From Paraphysomonas bandaiensis (lineage: Eukaryota; Protista; Chrysophyceae), in NCBI GenBank assembly GCA_965644295.1, contig CBFFRP010000446.1:46330-110329 (forward strand): a DNA stretch of 64,000 nucleotides, given 5' to 3'. A program made the position numbers and the translations under genes. Below, piece by piece: positions 1-12,393 of this stretch. The notes beneath the pieces were generated by a model that ran no database searches, was not told the DNA's origin, and saw only the letters and a program-made list of their open reading frames with translations. How positions within the stretch are numbered: the first letter of the stretch is position 1; each line of letters opens with the position of its first letter.

Positions 1-103
1 ACATACATACATACATACATACATACATACATACATACATACATACATACATACATACATACATACATACATACATACATACATACATACGTACATATAC
101 ATA
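1..103. repeat. (CATA)n microsatellite, truncated by window start
   Basis: Near-perfect tetranucleotide array visible directly. Confidence 0.98.
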
Positions 104-190
104 CGGTATCATACAGGGGGCAGTTGACATGGAGTTGTGTGTATCGTTAGCACAGTGAGGTCGCCATCTCTTGCACTATAGAAGTGTAGG

Positions 191-1954
191 ATGACCCAGT
201 CGGATGACAGTGATCTGGCGTCTCAGTTAAGCTCTCTTCGTTCTGAGGTGTTTGATTATGAGGATGATAAGCCCTCTCGCTCATCAGCTAAGAAGCCATC
301 GAAGAGGAGCCATCGCAAGCTGTCGTTAGATGACATGCAGAGCCCCGCAGTGCATAGTCGTCATATGCACAGCAGTAACAGCAGAAACATCTCACGACAC
401 TCTTATGTGCATATGCCTGATCGAGATGCGAGCATCAGTCGAGCAGTTATCGAGACGGAGCAGATGGGTCTTCGGCTAACGGATGAGGTGCAGCGACTCA
501 GAGCAGAATTGAAGCGATCACAGGAACATCATGCAGACCTTAGTTCTACTTTGCGTCGAGTGAATGCTGACAACGATATACTGAGAAGGCAATGTGATGA
601 CTCAAGCTCTATCATCGAGCAGCTCACTGAACTCAATCACAAGCTATCACTGGAATGTGATAAGCTTAAGAATGACATGGTATAACAGATCGTCCTATTA
701 CATATAGTTGATTTTGCATAATTCAACTGATTTAATATTTGCTGTACTATGGGTGTATATCTAGTCTCATCCGTTTGTGTGTATTGTAGAGCGTGCACAG
801 CGAGAAAGTCTCGTTGGTAGAAGAAAAGAACAGTGTGACGACTGAAAAGCTACAGCTAGTAACGGGCGAGAGAGATAAACTGAAGGAAGAACTTGAAACA
901 CTCCGTCAAAAGGTGTGTATGAATAGGTTGTAGGATTTACAGATACTTGTGGGGTATGTTGCAGCTTGAAGTAATCGTGCCTATAGTTCGGTCGTAACCC
1001 GTACCTATTTGTTACACTTATTGATGTATGCGCAGAGCCTCTCCCAAGATTCCCAGTTACTCGCTCTCCAGAATGCTCTGGATGAGACCAAAGGAGAGTT
1101 GGTGACTGTGCGAAAGCAAACCGATGAGGTGAATATACTACAGTGGCACAGTTAAATTCCTGATGTTTTGTATACACTACAACGTATAATTTTATTTTAA
1201 ATTTCTATACAGGGTGGAGAGAGTCGCCAAGGCTTGCTCGCTCTGCTACAAGAACGGGATAGAGATGTCAAACGTCTAGGGGGGGCACTGAGAGAGGCTG
1301 GTAACACCGTAGAAGAGACAGCAGAGAGTTTGCACCAAGAAAGACGTCGATGTGAAGCTTTGGAGAGAGAGCTAGACTCTCTCCGCGGAGAGATGTCCAG
1401 GAATAGGCAACGTAAATTAAAAGGGGATGATGATCGTGCGTCTCTCGAACGACAGGTTCATGCCTTGGAGGAGCAACGGAGTTTTTTGCAAAGTGAGAAA
1501 ACCAAATTACAGGACACTGTCACTGATCTGAAAAGGCGATTGGCAGCCCAGTCAGAGCAGATAACTCAGCTCGAGGAATCAAACGCCAATATCACCACTG
1601 CGCACAACAGTAAGATACATTCACTAAGGTTGCAAGTTAACGCGAGTGCTAACACTCTTGAGAAGATTCAGGGACAGAAATTTAGGCAAGAGGAAATTAT
1701 TCAAGAGCTAAGGTTGGTCGCCCTCAGTTTATATATATGACATGTAGCTGCTCGTAGAGTACTTCTTGTTTAGAATTATACTTCATGCCTTATAGTAATT
1801 TCTTATTACTAGACTACAACTGTCGGTGCTGGAGGGAAAGTATGCCACTTTGAAGCGACTCAACAGGCAGCTCTTGACGGCAACCAACACTTACGAAGAT
1901 ATTCTGCGGAAAAGAGATAATAGTATGGACTCGAGGTCGATAAATATGATGTGA
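191..1954 (+). CDS. Multi-exon coiled-coil protein of unknown function
   Basis: ORFs 191-685 and 1234-1740 are heptad-like and E/K/R/L-rich; GT..AG introns (e.g. ~680-790, ~1713-1812); last exon 1813-1954 stays in frame to TGA. Confidence 0.7.
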
Positions 1955-2322
1955 ATTAATGAAAGCTATGATCCGATTTTGTAGAATATGAAGTTATATT
2001 GCAATGATAAGCAGTGTTGTAGTTCTGGTGTATAGTGGGGTGAATAATGTAGAATGTAACTGTGATAAGTAAGAAGTATTGAGCCGAATTAAGACAATTT
2101 CATGATTATAAAAGATAGGAAAAAATGTAATTCTATTCTTCATCCAAATTTTATGGCAGAACTATAATTATACACGTATCATATATATATATGATATATG
2201 TTATCGCAACGGCGAACGAGAAAATGCCAAATCGTCAGAGTAGGAGTAATCACGACAGTTGAGGTCGTATATATGACTGCCTAATATAAACAAGCTATCT
2301 GAGTAATATACTTAAGGTCCTC

Positions 2323-2970
2323 TTACTTTTCCTCGTCCCAGCCATCTTCACCATCGATGTCTGAGTCATCAAAATAGCCGCCATCGCTATCGGAACTCAG
2401 CCACCATATCCCGCCCGTCCAAATATGATCCCAACTCTTACTGCTGTCCACTTCTCCATCCCACTCTTCAACTTCGTCTACTTCGACATCACCATCTCCA
2501 TCATGATCAATCCACTGACCCATCAAGTGCTCCACTCGCAAAGTGCCAAGAGTCATACCTTCAAACAGACTATCCGGGCTATCGCTTCCTTCGCTCAGGT
2601 CCCAAAATTCACCATCCCAACAAACTACTGGCCCAGCATCATCATGTTCTAAAGCATGATATTCTTCCAGCTCCATATCTGCTTCTATTATAGAACTGTC
2701 TGTAACCTTCTCGCCAACTGCGATTTCACCTCCTGCTCTACTCACACAGATATTGGAGGGGTCAAATTCACGGGAACTATTCACTAGTAACGAATGAGAT
2801 AACTTCAGGCGGTCGTCATTCACTGACGGCGATATGAACCCTCTGAATAACACACTCGACACTCGACTCAAAATACACCACGAAACAGGACACGACAGAG
2901 ACGCTGGAGACTCATGTCTGTCTTTGTGCAGCCACGACACATACACCTTTCGACTGAACCACCAAAACAT
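2323..2970 (-). CDS. Hypothetical acidic, Trp-rich protein (start uncertain)
   Basis: 215-codon open frame with D/E/W-rich C-terminus, divergent from the PUB gene across the TATG array; no family recognised. Confidence 0.45.
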   Translation of the reverse strand: MFWWFSRKVYVSWLHKDRHESPASLSCPVSWCILSRVSSVLFRGFISPSVNDDRLKLSHSLLVNSSREFDPSNICVSRAGGEIAVGEKVTDSSIIEADMELEEYHALEHDDAGPVVCWDGEFWDLSEGSDSPDSLFEGMTLGTLRVEHLMGQWIDHDGDGDVEVDEVEEWDGEVDSSKSWDHIWTGGIWWLSSDSDGGYFDDSDIDGEDGWDEEK

Positions 2971-3044
2971 CCCTTAATATATACACCCCCCTCTAAACAT
3001 AACACACCCACGCAAGTGCTACATGTCCACATCCATAACATGAA

Positions 3045-3492
3045 TGTATGTATGTATGTATGTATGTATGTATGTATGTATGTATGTATGTATGTATGTA
3101 TGTATGTATGTATGTATGTATGTATGTATGTATGTATGTATGTATGTATGTATGTATGTATGTATGTATGTATGTATGTATGTATGTATGTATGTATGTA
3201 TGTATGTATGTATGTATGTATGTATGTATGTATGTATGTATGTATGTATGTATGTATGTATGTATGTATGTATGTATGTATGTATGTATGTATGTATGTA
3301 TGTAGGTATGTATGTATGTATGTATGTATGTATGTATGTATGTATGTATGTATGTATGTATGTATGTATGTATGTATGTATGTATGTATGTATGTATGTA
3401 TGGATGTATGTATGTATGTATGTATGTATGTATGTATGTATGTATGTATGTATGTATGTATGTATGTATGTATGTATGTATGTATGTATGTA
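3045..3492. repeat. (TATG)n microsatellite, ~450 bp
   Basis: Near-perfect array with two interruptions (~3305, ~3403). Confidence 0.98.
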
Positions 3493-3547
3493 TACGGTGT
3501 GCATCATGTGGAGGTTGTTCTGTTGAGTGTCAGTTATCGTTGCAGTC

Positions 3548-4733
3548 ATGTCAGAGATATCTAAAACAAAGAGGGCAGTGGACGATCTGTGTAGCAGGCT
3601 GTATGATCACAGGCACGTGTCTGCTATGAGTGCGGAGGATCTGCATGCCATGCAGAGCACTCTGCAGACTCTGCGCGACAGATGCGATGCCTTCATAGGC
3701 AAGATAGACCTCAAAGATCCCGTCACGCAGGCCCCCAGATACGGCCCCAATATGGTCAAGAAGATTACCGATCTCTCGGATAGTATCGACGCGCTTATAG
3801 GGGACTGCAACGAGGCTGTGTCTCAACTGCCCCCTCAAGATGAAGCTGTGCACGAAGACCCTGCTGACGAGATGCCCTCTTCAGTCCCAGACCCTTCTGA
3901 CCACACACATGCACCTGTGGACATCACTACTCCACCTGAGACACAGACACAGTCTACGAAATCGATGCTCTTATCTGATCGCGTTGCTGAAGAAGAGAAG
4001 GAAGCGTTGAGTCAACAAGCAGCATTGATTCGAGCTCGGAAGAATAAAGAAGAGCAAGAAGCCAAAGAAGCACAGGGGTGTGAGTTATACCGTTTACGAT
4101 GGGTGACGCATCATATAAATACTCGCTGGAAATCGGGTGGTATCTCTGAAGCGCTGACTGCCCTTGCTAGTGAGATCAAGCGCTCTGACGACGAGATTAT
4201 TCAGAATGTTAAAATTAGAGAAGCTGTAGAACTTGTATCAAATATTTTAGATAACGTGCACAAGAAACCCGATGATGAAAAGCTTCGGCGAATCCGATCG
4301 AATCACCCAGTTATACATGTGAGTGATTGGATAGTGTTATTATCGTTCACTTATGTGAGATCATCGAAGTTTCGTAGTGTATGCTAACCGTGTATTGTGT
4401 ATGGAGTAGGAAAAGCTTACTAGTCATGGAGAGTCTGGATTAGGATTGCTGATCTCAGTTGGATTCCTCGCCAAGGCAACATACTCCAATGGCACACCTA
4501 TCATCGATGAACCACCCATAGGCGCTCCTCCTAATGTAAGTGAGGAGGATGTGCCTAGAGCTATAACGGCTATTGCGGACCCGGGATACATGTATACAGT
4601 CATGCTTGAGATGTTCGAGCCAAGCATAGAGCCTGCTGAAGGGTCTGCGAATTGGATACGTTGGTTTGATGGCTTGGAGGAGTCTAAGAAACAGTTGCAA
4701 TTGTTTTTGGATAGTCTAAATATGTCTAAATAG
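3548..4733 (+). CDS. PUB-domain (p97/CDC48-binding) protein, 2 exons
   Basis: ILDNVHKKPDDEKLRRIRSNHPVI...LLISVGF matches the PUB signature; intron ~4319-4409. Confidence 0.7.
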
Positions 4734-5020
4734 CATTTGATTACAAATATACTTCTTAACTTATTCAAATTTATATTTTTTAAATTTATATTTAAGGTAC
4801 GATACTAGGTTTTTAATCTATATATTTCAATATGACACATCTTTGAAAAGTGATTGCTTTTATTGTTTTAGTGAACACTGCAGGGCTAGGGAATAGGGAA
4901 CTATATATGGAATTGATATATATTGTAAAATATAGTGATTGGTGGAGAGGCCTAATATTTACTATTCTACCATACTGGTTGTAAACGTAACTCACAATAT
5001 ATTGATAGTCATCAATATAG

Positions 5021-5205
5021 ATATATATATGAAAGTATTATTATTAGCAATAGGCGCCGAGAATCAGCAACAGATAGGTAGCTAGATGACTAGATAAAAA
5101 CTAGTCAAGCTAGAGATGGACTTATACCTGTAACTAACTAGTACAAAAGCTATATAACACTACGAAAGCAGATTGTACGTCGCCGCAAGCACCAAGGTGC
5201 ACACT
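5021..5205 (+). repeat. Dispersed repeat family A, 5' arm only
   Basis: ATTAGCAATAGGCG...CTACGAAAGCAG...GTCGCCGCAAGCACCAAGGTGCA is shared with copies at 19.9-20.2, 38.8, 46.6 and 47.2 kb. Confidence 0.75.
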
Positions 5206-5312
5206 ATGACTATCATGAATCTTCAACACATACTATCATCAATTCAGTTTGTGATATGTTTCATTGATTTAAGATGACACTCAATTCTAAGAGCGCTTCA
5301 TACAAAAAAATA

Positions 5313-7728
5313 TTAATTAGATTTAATATCGAAATCTAATTTTACTGTTGTATCTCCATAGACAAACCGCGGACATACCTGTAAATAATTCCTACCATTG
5401 ACCATGTGGGGTTCCCTGAAAAACTTGACACTAGTTTTGAGGTACGGAGGGAAATTATCCCCCTGACAGAAGCTGATTTTCTCTGATTCAGAGACATCAA
5501 AATCGACCCACACAGCTACACAGTCACATTGCTCTTCGTCAAGTACGGTGAAGGGGACATTCACAGCAGTTGGCACTGACACAACGGCATCATCTCCGGC
5601 TTCTCGTTCCAGTAAACAGCGGTCATAGTGGAGAGTTGCTACAGATGTGGGGGAAGACAATATTTTCTTACGATACACCCCAAGCTTGTATGGAAACAAG
5701 TTTTCATGCCAACCGGTCTGAACGTCATCAAGGTAATCGTGATTAAATCCCGACACTCTGAATCGCACAAAATATATTAATGTGATAACGAAACCAAAAG
5801 CAATGCACAACTTACATTCCCGCAGTTCCGTGACTGACCCGCAAATCTGGCAGGCAAAACGCAGCTACCATTATATGAGCTCTAATAGGGCACACCTGAA
5901 ACCTCGATGCCTGTACAGGGCTCCTTCTTATGAAATTCAGGGCATAGAGATAAGATAATGCACTCTCAATGGGCAAGCAGTGCAACTGGTAAAAGAAACA
6001 CTCCGAAGTAATTGTTACCACTGATAATTGTGTAGACGGGGAGTTTCCCGTGCTATCGTCTCCCTCGAAAAGAGAGGTGAAACCACTTGATAGAAAGGAT
6101 GCCCCATCTTCATCATCAAGTACCACACAACCTTGTGGTGATAGACTACCAGCAGTGATATTACTACTGATTAACTGTCCGTAGAACATGGCCGAAAATT
6201 GTTTCTTCTCTATTGACACAACCTGAGCCTTACCATCACTGTCTCCTAGATGGCCCACATTTTCTAGAGCTGAAGCTGTCATCAGAGCCAACGTAGAGCC
6301 ATCTGAGATGTCCACAAACAGGCCTTTGCCTGGCAATGACTTGGTGGCACTCACGTAGGCTTCTACAACTGTCTGTATCCCGCTCTGCCACTTACCCATA
6401 ACTACACTATCGTTTAGCATTTGCAAACGCTCAGGTCCACATAGCAGATGCCAGCCACATCCACAAGGCTCTGGAGCCTGAGCTACCTGTTCTACCCTAG
6501 GTTTTTTTATCTTACTCGGACTCTCGCTTGTCACGGCGCGATCAACAGAGCACCAAATTTGCAGGGCATCATGGGTTATAGTAACGTCAAAAATATCTCC
6601 GGCATTGCACTTATATCCCCCCTCCTTTCCAAGAGGATATACCACTTGTAACCAATGGTCTTGCCAAGCGTGCGCACCTGGAGAAGTAGAGTAGCTGTAT
6701 CCATTATCACGAATGTCTGATTCAGGTAGTAGGTCAGCTCTCCACCACACAAGAAGGCCATGGACAGTCCCATCTGCAGTGGCCTCGATTCGAACACTGT
6801 GGCTTGCCCCTTCACACTGATGAAACTGCACTGAAAATAAGGGACACGTGTCACTGAGTATCCTTGCTCCTCTAGACAGCAATTGCTCCCCCCAGTGGAC
6901 AGGAATCATCCGTCCATGTGCACAGGTTGACCGACTATTGACTCCATCTCTACGGGGGGATAGCCCTCCCATGCAACTATTTCCCACAGTAGACATGTGA
7001 AGCACATCTTCGCTTTCAATTAGCGATCCAAAAACACAAGCTTGACTGGGGATTACGCGACCTTCAATTGGCCCAACAGATTTGTCCATGAACCTCTCTA
7101 TAGCATCCCCATGCGCTAATAACACTCCCTCACCCAGCAACGCAGAATCCATAAGCTCCGATAGTATAATATCCGGTGAAAATGGGAGTGCTTCGATGTC
7201 AGAACTCTTCGATGCAACTATAAGTATTTGATCGCTCATACCATTGCTCTCAACCACAGCACGAGCAACATCAGCAAGAGCTTCAAACATTTCACACCCG
7301 ATGACAAACTCTGCTCCGTGACGAACACACATCATCGCCAACAGCCCTGTGCCTGTGCCAATATCCAGCACTGTAGGCCGTCTGTTGTACTTGTGTATGA
7401 AGGTAGAGATGGATGCGGCTATGGCTTGTTCGTATATGTCATTTCTACAGTGATCATGCAGCATAGAGGTCATCTGAGACATGCCGATGACACGTCTCAT
7501 TACTGCCAGTTGATCCTCCTCCTCTGACCATACCAATGACCCGTCAATAGGGCTGACAGAGGCGGATAGCATTACTCTAACAGAGTCTCCAGATGGGGTC
7601 CTCTTCACGCCTATGAGCACCTCCTCAGCGCTGGACACATCCTGAACATCCGTCAGATCATACGGAGTCACTCCGGACCCTCCACTACCAACCAAACCAC
7701 CGCCTCCCTTGTCCAGACCCTGATACAT
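5313..7728 (-). CDS. PRMT7: Protein arginine N-methyltransferase 7
   Basis: SAM motif VLDIGTGTGLL, double-E loop SELMDSALLGEG, THW-like DHWLQ, second degenerate methyltransferase module; intron ~5758-5814. Confidence 0.88.
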
Positions 7729-7761
7729 GGCGAAACGAGGTAGATATAGAGAATAATATGC

Positions 7762-8392
7762 ATGTATGTATGTATGTATGTATGTATGTATGTATGTATG
7801 TATGTATGTATGTATGTATGTATGTATGTATGTATGTATGTATGTATGTATGTATGTATGTATGTATGTATGTATGTATGTATGTATGTATGTATGTATG
7901 TATGTATGTATGTATGTATGTATGTATGTATGTATGTATGTATGTATGTATGTATGTATGTATGTATGTATGTATGTATGTATGTATGTATGTATGTATG
8001 TATGTATGTATGTATGTATGTATGTATGTATGTATGTATGTATGTATGTATGTATGTATGTATGTATGTATGTATGTATGTATGTATGTATGTATGTATG
8101 TATGTATGTATGTATGTATGTATGTATGTATGTATGTATGTATGTATGTATGTATGTATGTATGTATGTATGTATGTATGTATGTATGTATGTATGTATG
8201 TATGTATGTATGTATGTATGTATGTATGTATGTATGTATGTATGTATGTATGTATGTATGTATGTATGTATGTATGTATGTATGTATGTATGTATGTATG
8301 TATGTATGTATGTATGTATGTATGTATGTATGTATGTATGTATGTATGTATGTATGTATGTATGTATGTATGTATGTATGTATGTATGTATG
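7762..8392. repeat. (TATG)n microsatellite, ~630 bp
   Basis: Perfect array beginning ~30 bp upstream of the PRMT7 ATG. Confidence 0.98.
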
Positions 8393-8419
8393 GTGGATAT
8401 TCTCGTTATAGTGATTTTT

Positions 8420-9660
8420 AGCCTTGGTACGGGGATTTTTGCATAAAATCCCCGCTTTATAGTTTTTAAACCTATAGTTTTTAATGAAAATCCTTATTTT
8501 GGTTGATTGTTGTGAAAAAATTGATAGGTGTAATACATGCATCTGTATGCAGCGATGTCGAAGAAGGCGAGGAGGTCCAGTAAAGGTGGAAGAGGAAAAG
8601 GGGGAGAGGGTTCAAATGGAGCCTAGTACCTCTAGCTCGAAGGAGGGAGGAGGCAGTCTCCAACCCTGAGCCTCCGCTGCAGGAGGCAGCAGAGGAGAGC
8701 TCAGCTAACAGTCCCCACGTGGTGAGATGATGAGGGGGCGAGGGCCCAGAAGAACCCCTTATGATGAGAGTCGATGAAGAAGGTTTAGTGATTTCAGATG
8801 AGTACCTGATTCTGATCGGTGCGATGTTTGTGGCCGGTTGAAGGACTGGCACAAATCCAAGTCATGCCCTCTGCGAAATGCGGCGGGGGCGGACGTAGAC
8901 CCCACGATGAAGTGGACTGACTCTGTGCGGCGGGGGCGGACGTAGACCCCACGATGAAGTGGACTGACTCTGCAGTAGCCGAGGATTTGTTGGCAAATAA
9001 GGGTTGTCACTTTTTACCGAGAAATGGGTGGGAGAATAGAAAGACTGGCACTTTTGGGAAGGACTCCAAGGTGAGTTCCCTGATGTGTATTTCTTAAATC
9101 ATTCTCTTCATTGCCATTTATAACAGTGATTGTTTGCAATGAACAGGGTGGGACAAGGACGTGCAAGGCTCTCCTTGATACTGGAGCATCGGCTAATTTC
9201 ATCAGTACTGACGTAGCAAACTGGTTAGTTGCTAGTGGCACTATTCCTGTTTCCGTAAATAAAAATATAGCTGGTGGTTTCAAATCCGCTATGTCCTTAT
9301 GTCAGAGGGGTTTCTCTGGACATTAATATCCATACGGAGACTATGGAATCTCCGGGATTTCAAGCTACAATAGACGCTTGGGAGTTGGATTTAAATTTTG
9401 AATTTATTTTAGGGGTGCACACAGTCCGCAAATTGGATTTAGTAGTACAATTCCATATCTATAAGTAATTTTTTCTCTGTCCGAAGATCTAAGTCTACAC
9501 TATAACAACGTAGTTAATAGCTTTCCAAACTGGAGTGTGGAATACGATACTTTAAACATTAACTTAGGGGTTTTCAGTATAAAACCATGGTTTTACAAGA
9601 CAAAAACTGTGTTTTGTAGTAAAAAACTGTTTTTTTAACGAAAACCTGGGTTTTCTAATC
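8420..9660 (+). mobile_element. Degenerate Ty3/Gypsy-like retrotransposon fragment (gag zinc knuckle + aspartic protease)
   Basis: Retropepsin motif ALLDTGASANFIS (~9170) and EFILG (~9400); CDVCGRLKDWHKSKSC knuckle-like motif at ~8820; stops and frameshifts; 47-bp internal duplication ~8879-8972. Confidence 0.7.
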
Positions 9661-10239
9661 GTGGATGGTGCCGTTATGGTGGACAGTATGGCTTAAGGTA
9701 CACACCACCCAGCACCATAACCATATCTCTATATATGCTGCTGCTGGTGATGAGCTGTTAGCTGACTACTTGATCGTTGAGTGTCTTGTAGTTGCAATGT
9801 ATAGCACGCTACAGTCAGTGCTGTATACTCATGGATGGGGTAAGAAGAACCTCCTCCGTCACGATATGCAGCAGTGCCGTGGAGCATATGCTACATGCAT
9901 GTTACAGCAGTATCAGTGCTGGGCTCTGTAGTTAGTTTATTGAACTACAACCAACTCCTACGTGCGTACTTGAAGTTTGGTAAAGTCAATCGCTAGTAGT
10001 TATCCTGTATTCTATGTAGCAATGAAATACAGAATATACATGACTACAGTATAGGAGTAGCTATTACAAGTATACAAAGAAACTGAAAATATAGTAGCTG
10101 TTAAAGATATGATTTGTAGAACAGAATGTTGATGTTGGTGAATGACGTGGTTCCTAACTCACAGGGCTACAACATCATAAACTTACTATATCTCCTATAA
10201 TATCAATCAGTCAATATTGCACTAACTAAAAGCGTAAAT

Positions 10240-10580
10240 TAATATAGTTATCGTTGTTGAACTTACGATATAAACCAGTCGTGCATAGAATCACCTGGCT
10301 GTTAGAGGTGCACATGTCACTGAAGTTCACTTGCTCTACACGTGAACCTCAACGTTGCTTGTTGAACACAATGCACTACTGATTAATCTGAGCACTGCAC
10401 TCATATTCATGACCGTCTGCTGATGCATCTGACCTCAGTCACTATGCATCATGCGTTCACCAGTCACTCCCGTATCTGACATAGTCACAAATCAGTAAAT
10501 GAATACTCACGTACGTACTGCACACTAACTCACTTCAATCTATATCGCATCATACTGTAGAATTCAACACCGTCAAGTAT
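10240..10580 (+). repeat. Dispersed repeat family B, copy 1
   Basis: CTGAAGTT..TTGCTCTA..TTGCTTGTTGAACACAATGCACT..ATTAATCTGA..TCAACACCG is collinear with 48090-48490. Confidence 0.75.
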
Positions 10581-10914
10581 CAACTTTCAGGGCTGCGTAT
10601 AAATTAATCGTCAATTATAATTGCAATTTTTACTTGCTGTCTCAATTTCAATTATTGCAATTACTTAATACTAAAATATTGTTATCAATCCCTGCTATAT
10701 CTAGCAATTAGCAGTCAATATATAATATATACCTTAGACCTAGCAGGGCTGCTTCACAATTAATTATCAATTAATTGACGCATGTTGTAGTGAATTATAA
10801 TTACAATTATTACTTGTCGTCCCAATTAATTGAAACTACACTACGTACTCAAATAGCTATATATTAGCTGCAAATATAGCTACCTCAACGTTCTAAATGC
10901 GTAAATTGTTATTA

Positions 10915-11105
10915 TAATCTTAGCTCTACTGAACATTGTTGATTATGGTATGCAAGTGCTTCAGCGATGCTTGCTTCCGCTGCTTGCTACCACTAATCAA
11001 ACGTCGTCATACTGAATAAGAATCTCATTGTCATCACCTTCTTCTTCCTCATTGAGAAAAGATGTTTTAATATTATCCTTTTCCGTCCGAGATAGTGCGG
11101 CTTCA
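10915..11105 (+). repeat. Dispersed repeat family D, copy 1
   Basis: TCTTAGCTCTACTGA..ATGCAAGTG..TCATTGAGAAAA..TTTCCGTCCG matches 19165-19365. Confidence 0.7.
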
Positions 11106-11131
11106 TTCCATTGGATATATACTATATATAA

Positions 11132-11500
11132 TATCTGATTATTTAACAATAGGCATATAAGTGTTAAAACTAAACAGAAATTTATCTATCGCCAAGGTGC
11201 GACCACCTCCTCTCTCTGTCCTTAACGTGCGCTAGCCCGGATGCTTGACTTCAAGTAGGCAGCTCAAACCCCAGATACCTTGAGGTGAACCCTGTCCCGG
11301 ATGCCTTTTTATTCGTCAAGGCTCAACGACGTCTACTACACAAGTGACACTTATTAGTGTCCCTTGTACCACACAAGCATTCGGCTATGAGTGGGCAGAA
11401 CAATATCTGCTGACTATATATGCCGCTCACGGTAGTTTCCTGGAGAAATATCTCCGGTACTTATTCCCAGAACAAAGGTGCGAGTCCGACTTTGTTGGCA
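11132..11500 (+). repeat. Dispersed structured repeat family A, near-full core
   Basis: Collinear with 19657-20019 (-), 30563-30917, 38676-38920 (-) and 46570-46998. Confidence 0.9.
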
Positions 11501-12393
11501 TTCCATTGGAAGCATTACTTTGATTTTTCTTTTGTACTCTAAGTCCAAGGCTTCCATAGATACCTCATCAAAGTTGATCTCAAAATATGACTCAACCTTT
11601 TGTTCTTTCGTGTCAATTGTTTAACACAAAAAGGAAAAGGAAGATCACTCACTATCACTCAGTGATACGCATTCCACGCTTGAGGTGATATTTTGCGCTC
11701 AACATATTTCCCATCGCACCACCACTCGCTGGGCAGCCAAACTTTATCTTTCCATCCATCGTGTTTGATTGCATGCTGCGACAGGTTGCGCGACCCATAG
11801 TGTTAAATTACGCACCTCTTCGTTATTAGCATTTATTTTCTTAAAGAACACTCCTGCAATGACGTCTGGTACCAGAATTCCGCTCATATCACTAATTCAT
11901 TACATGAATTATTATGTGAGATAGTCTTATGGATATTACATCAATCTTCCATATTGATCGTAAGCATTGGATTTTCGTGTAATAAAAAATGCCGTTTTTT
12001 AAATTTTCACTGTCAAAATATGACATGCAAAATTTTTTATCATTAATTGGAACAAGCTAGAGTCAATTATAATTGCAAATACGATTTGATATCCCAATTT
12101 CAATACTTGACAATTAATTTCTTCGCAGCCCTCGTAACTCTTAACTACTGATATGAACTCCAATGACGTCCAATTCCATCAAGTATATTGCATGTATTAT
12201 TCATGTATCTACGTATGCAATCTTCACGGATACTACACTTTCTACATATACAAACTTAACTTTTTAGAGCAGTGATTATTTACATGATGCTCTGCACATC
12301 ACAGCATTCAAGTCCACCGATATATATATGATAGCTATATATCATATTATGGTTACACTCATCATAAACATCTAACATGGGAGCATCACAAGC

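Larger units (their letters stand above)
10588..12133. mobile_element. Cluster of AT-rich MITE-like repeats with CAGGGCTGC termini (family C)
   Basis: CAGGGCTGCGTATAAATTAATCGTCAA at 10588 and CAGGGCTGC at 10744; inverted TTGACAATTAATTTCTTCGCAGCCCT ending 12132; related copy at 43220-43340. Confidence 0.6.

Noticed and set aside
2914-3629. Long MYVC/HTYI-repeat ORFs (also 7685-8542, 23639-24251, 42004-42471)
   Set aside because: Translations of stop-free (TATG)n microsatellites and similar tracts, not proteins
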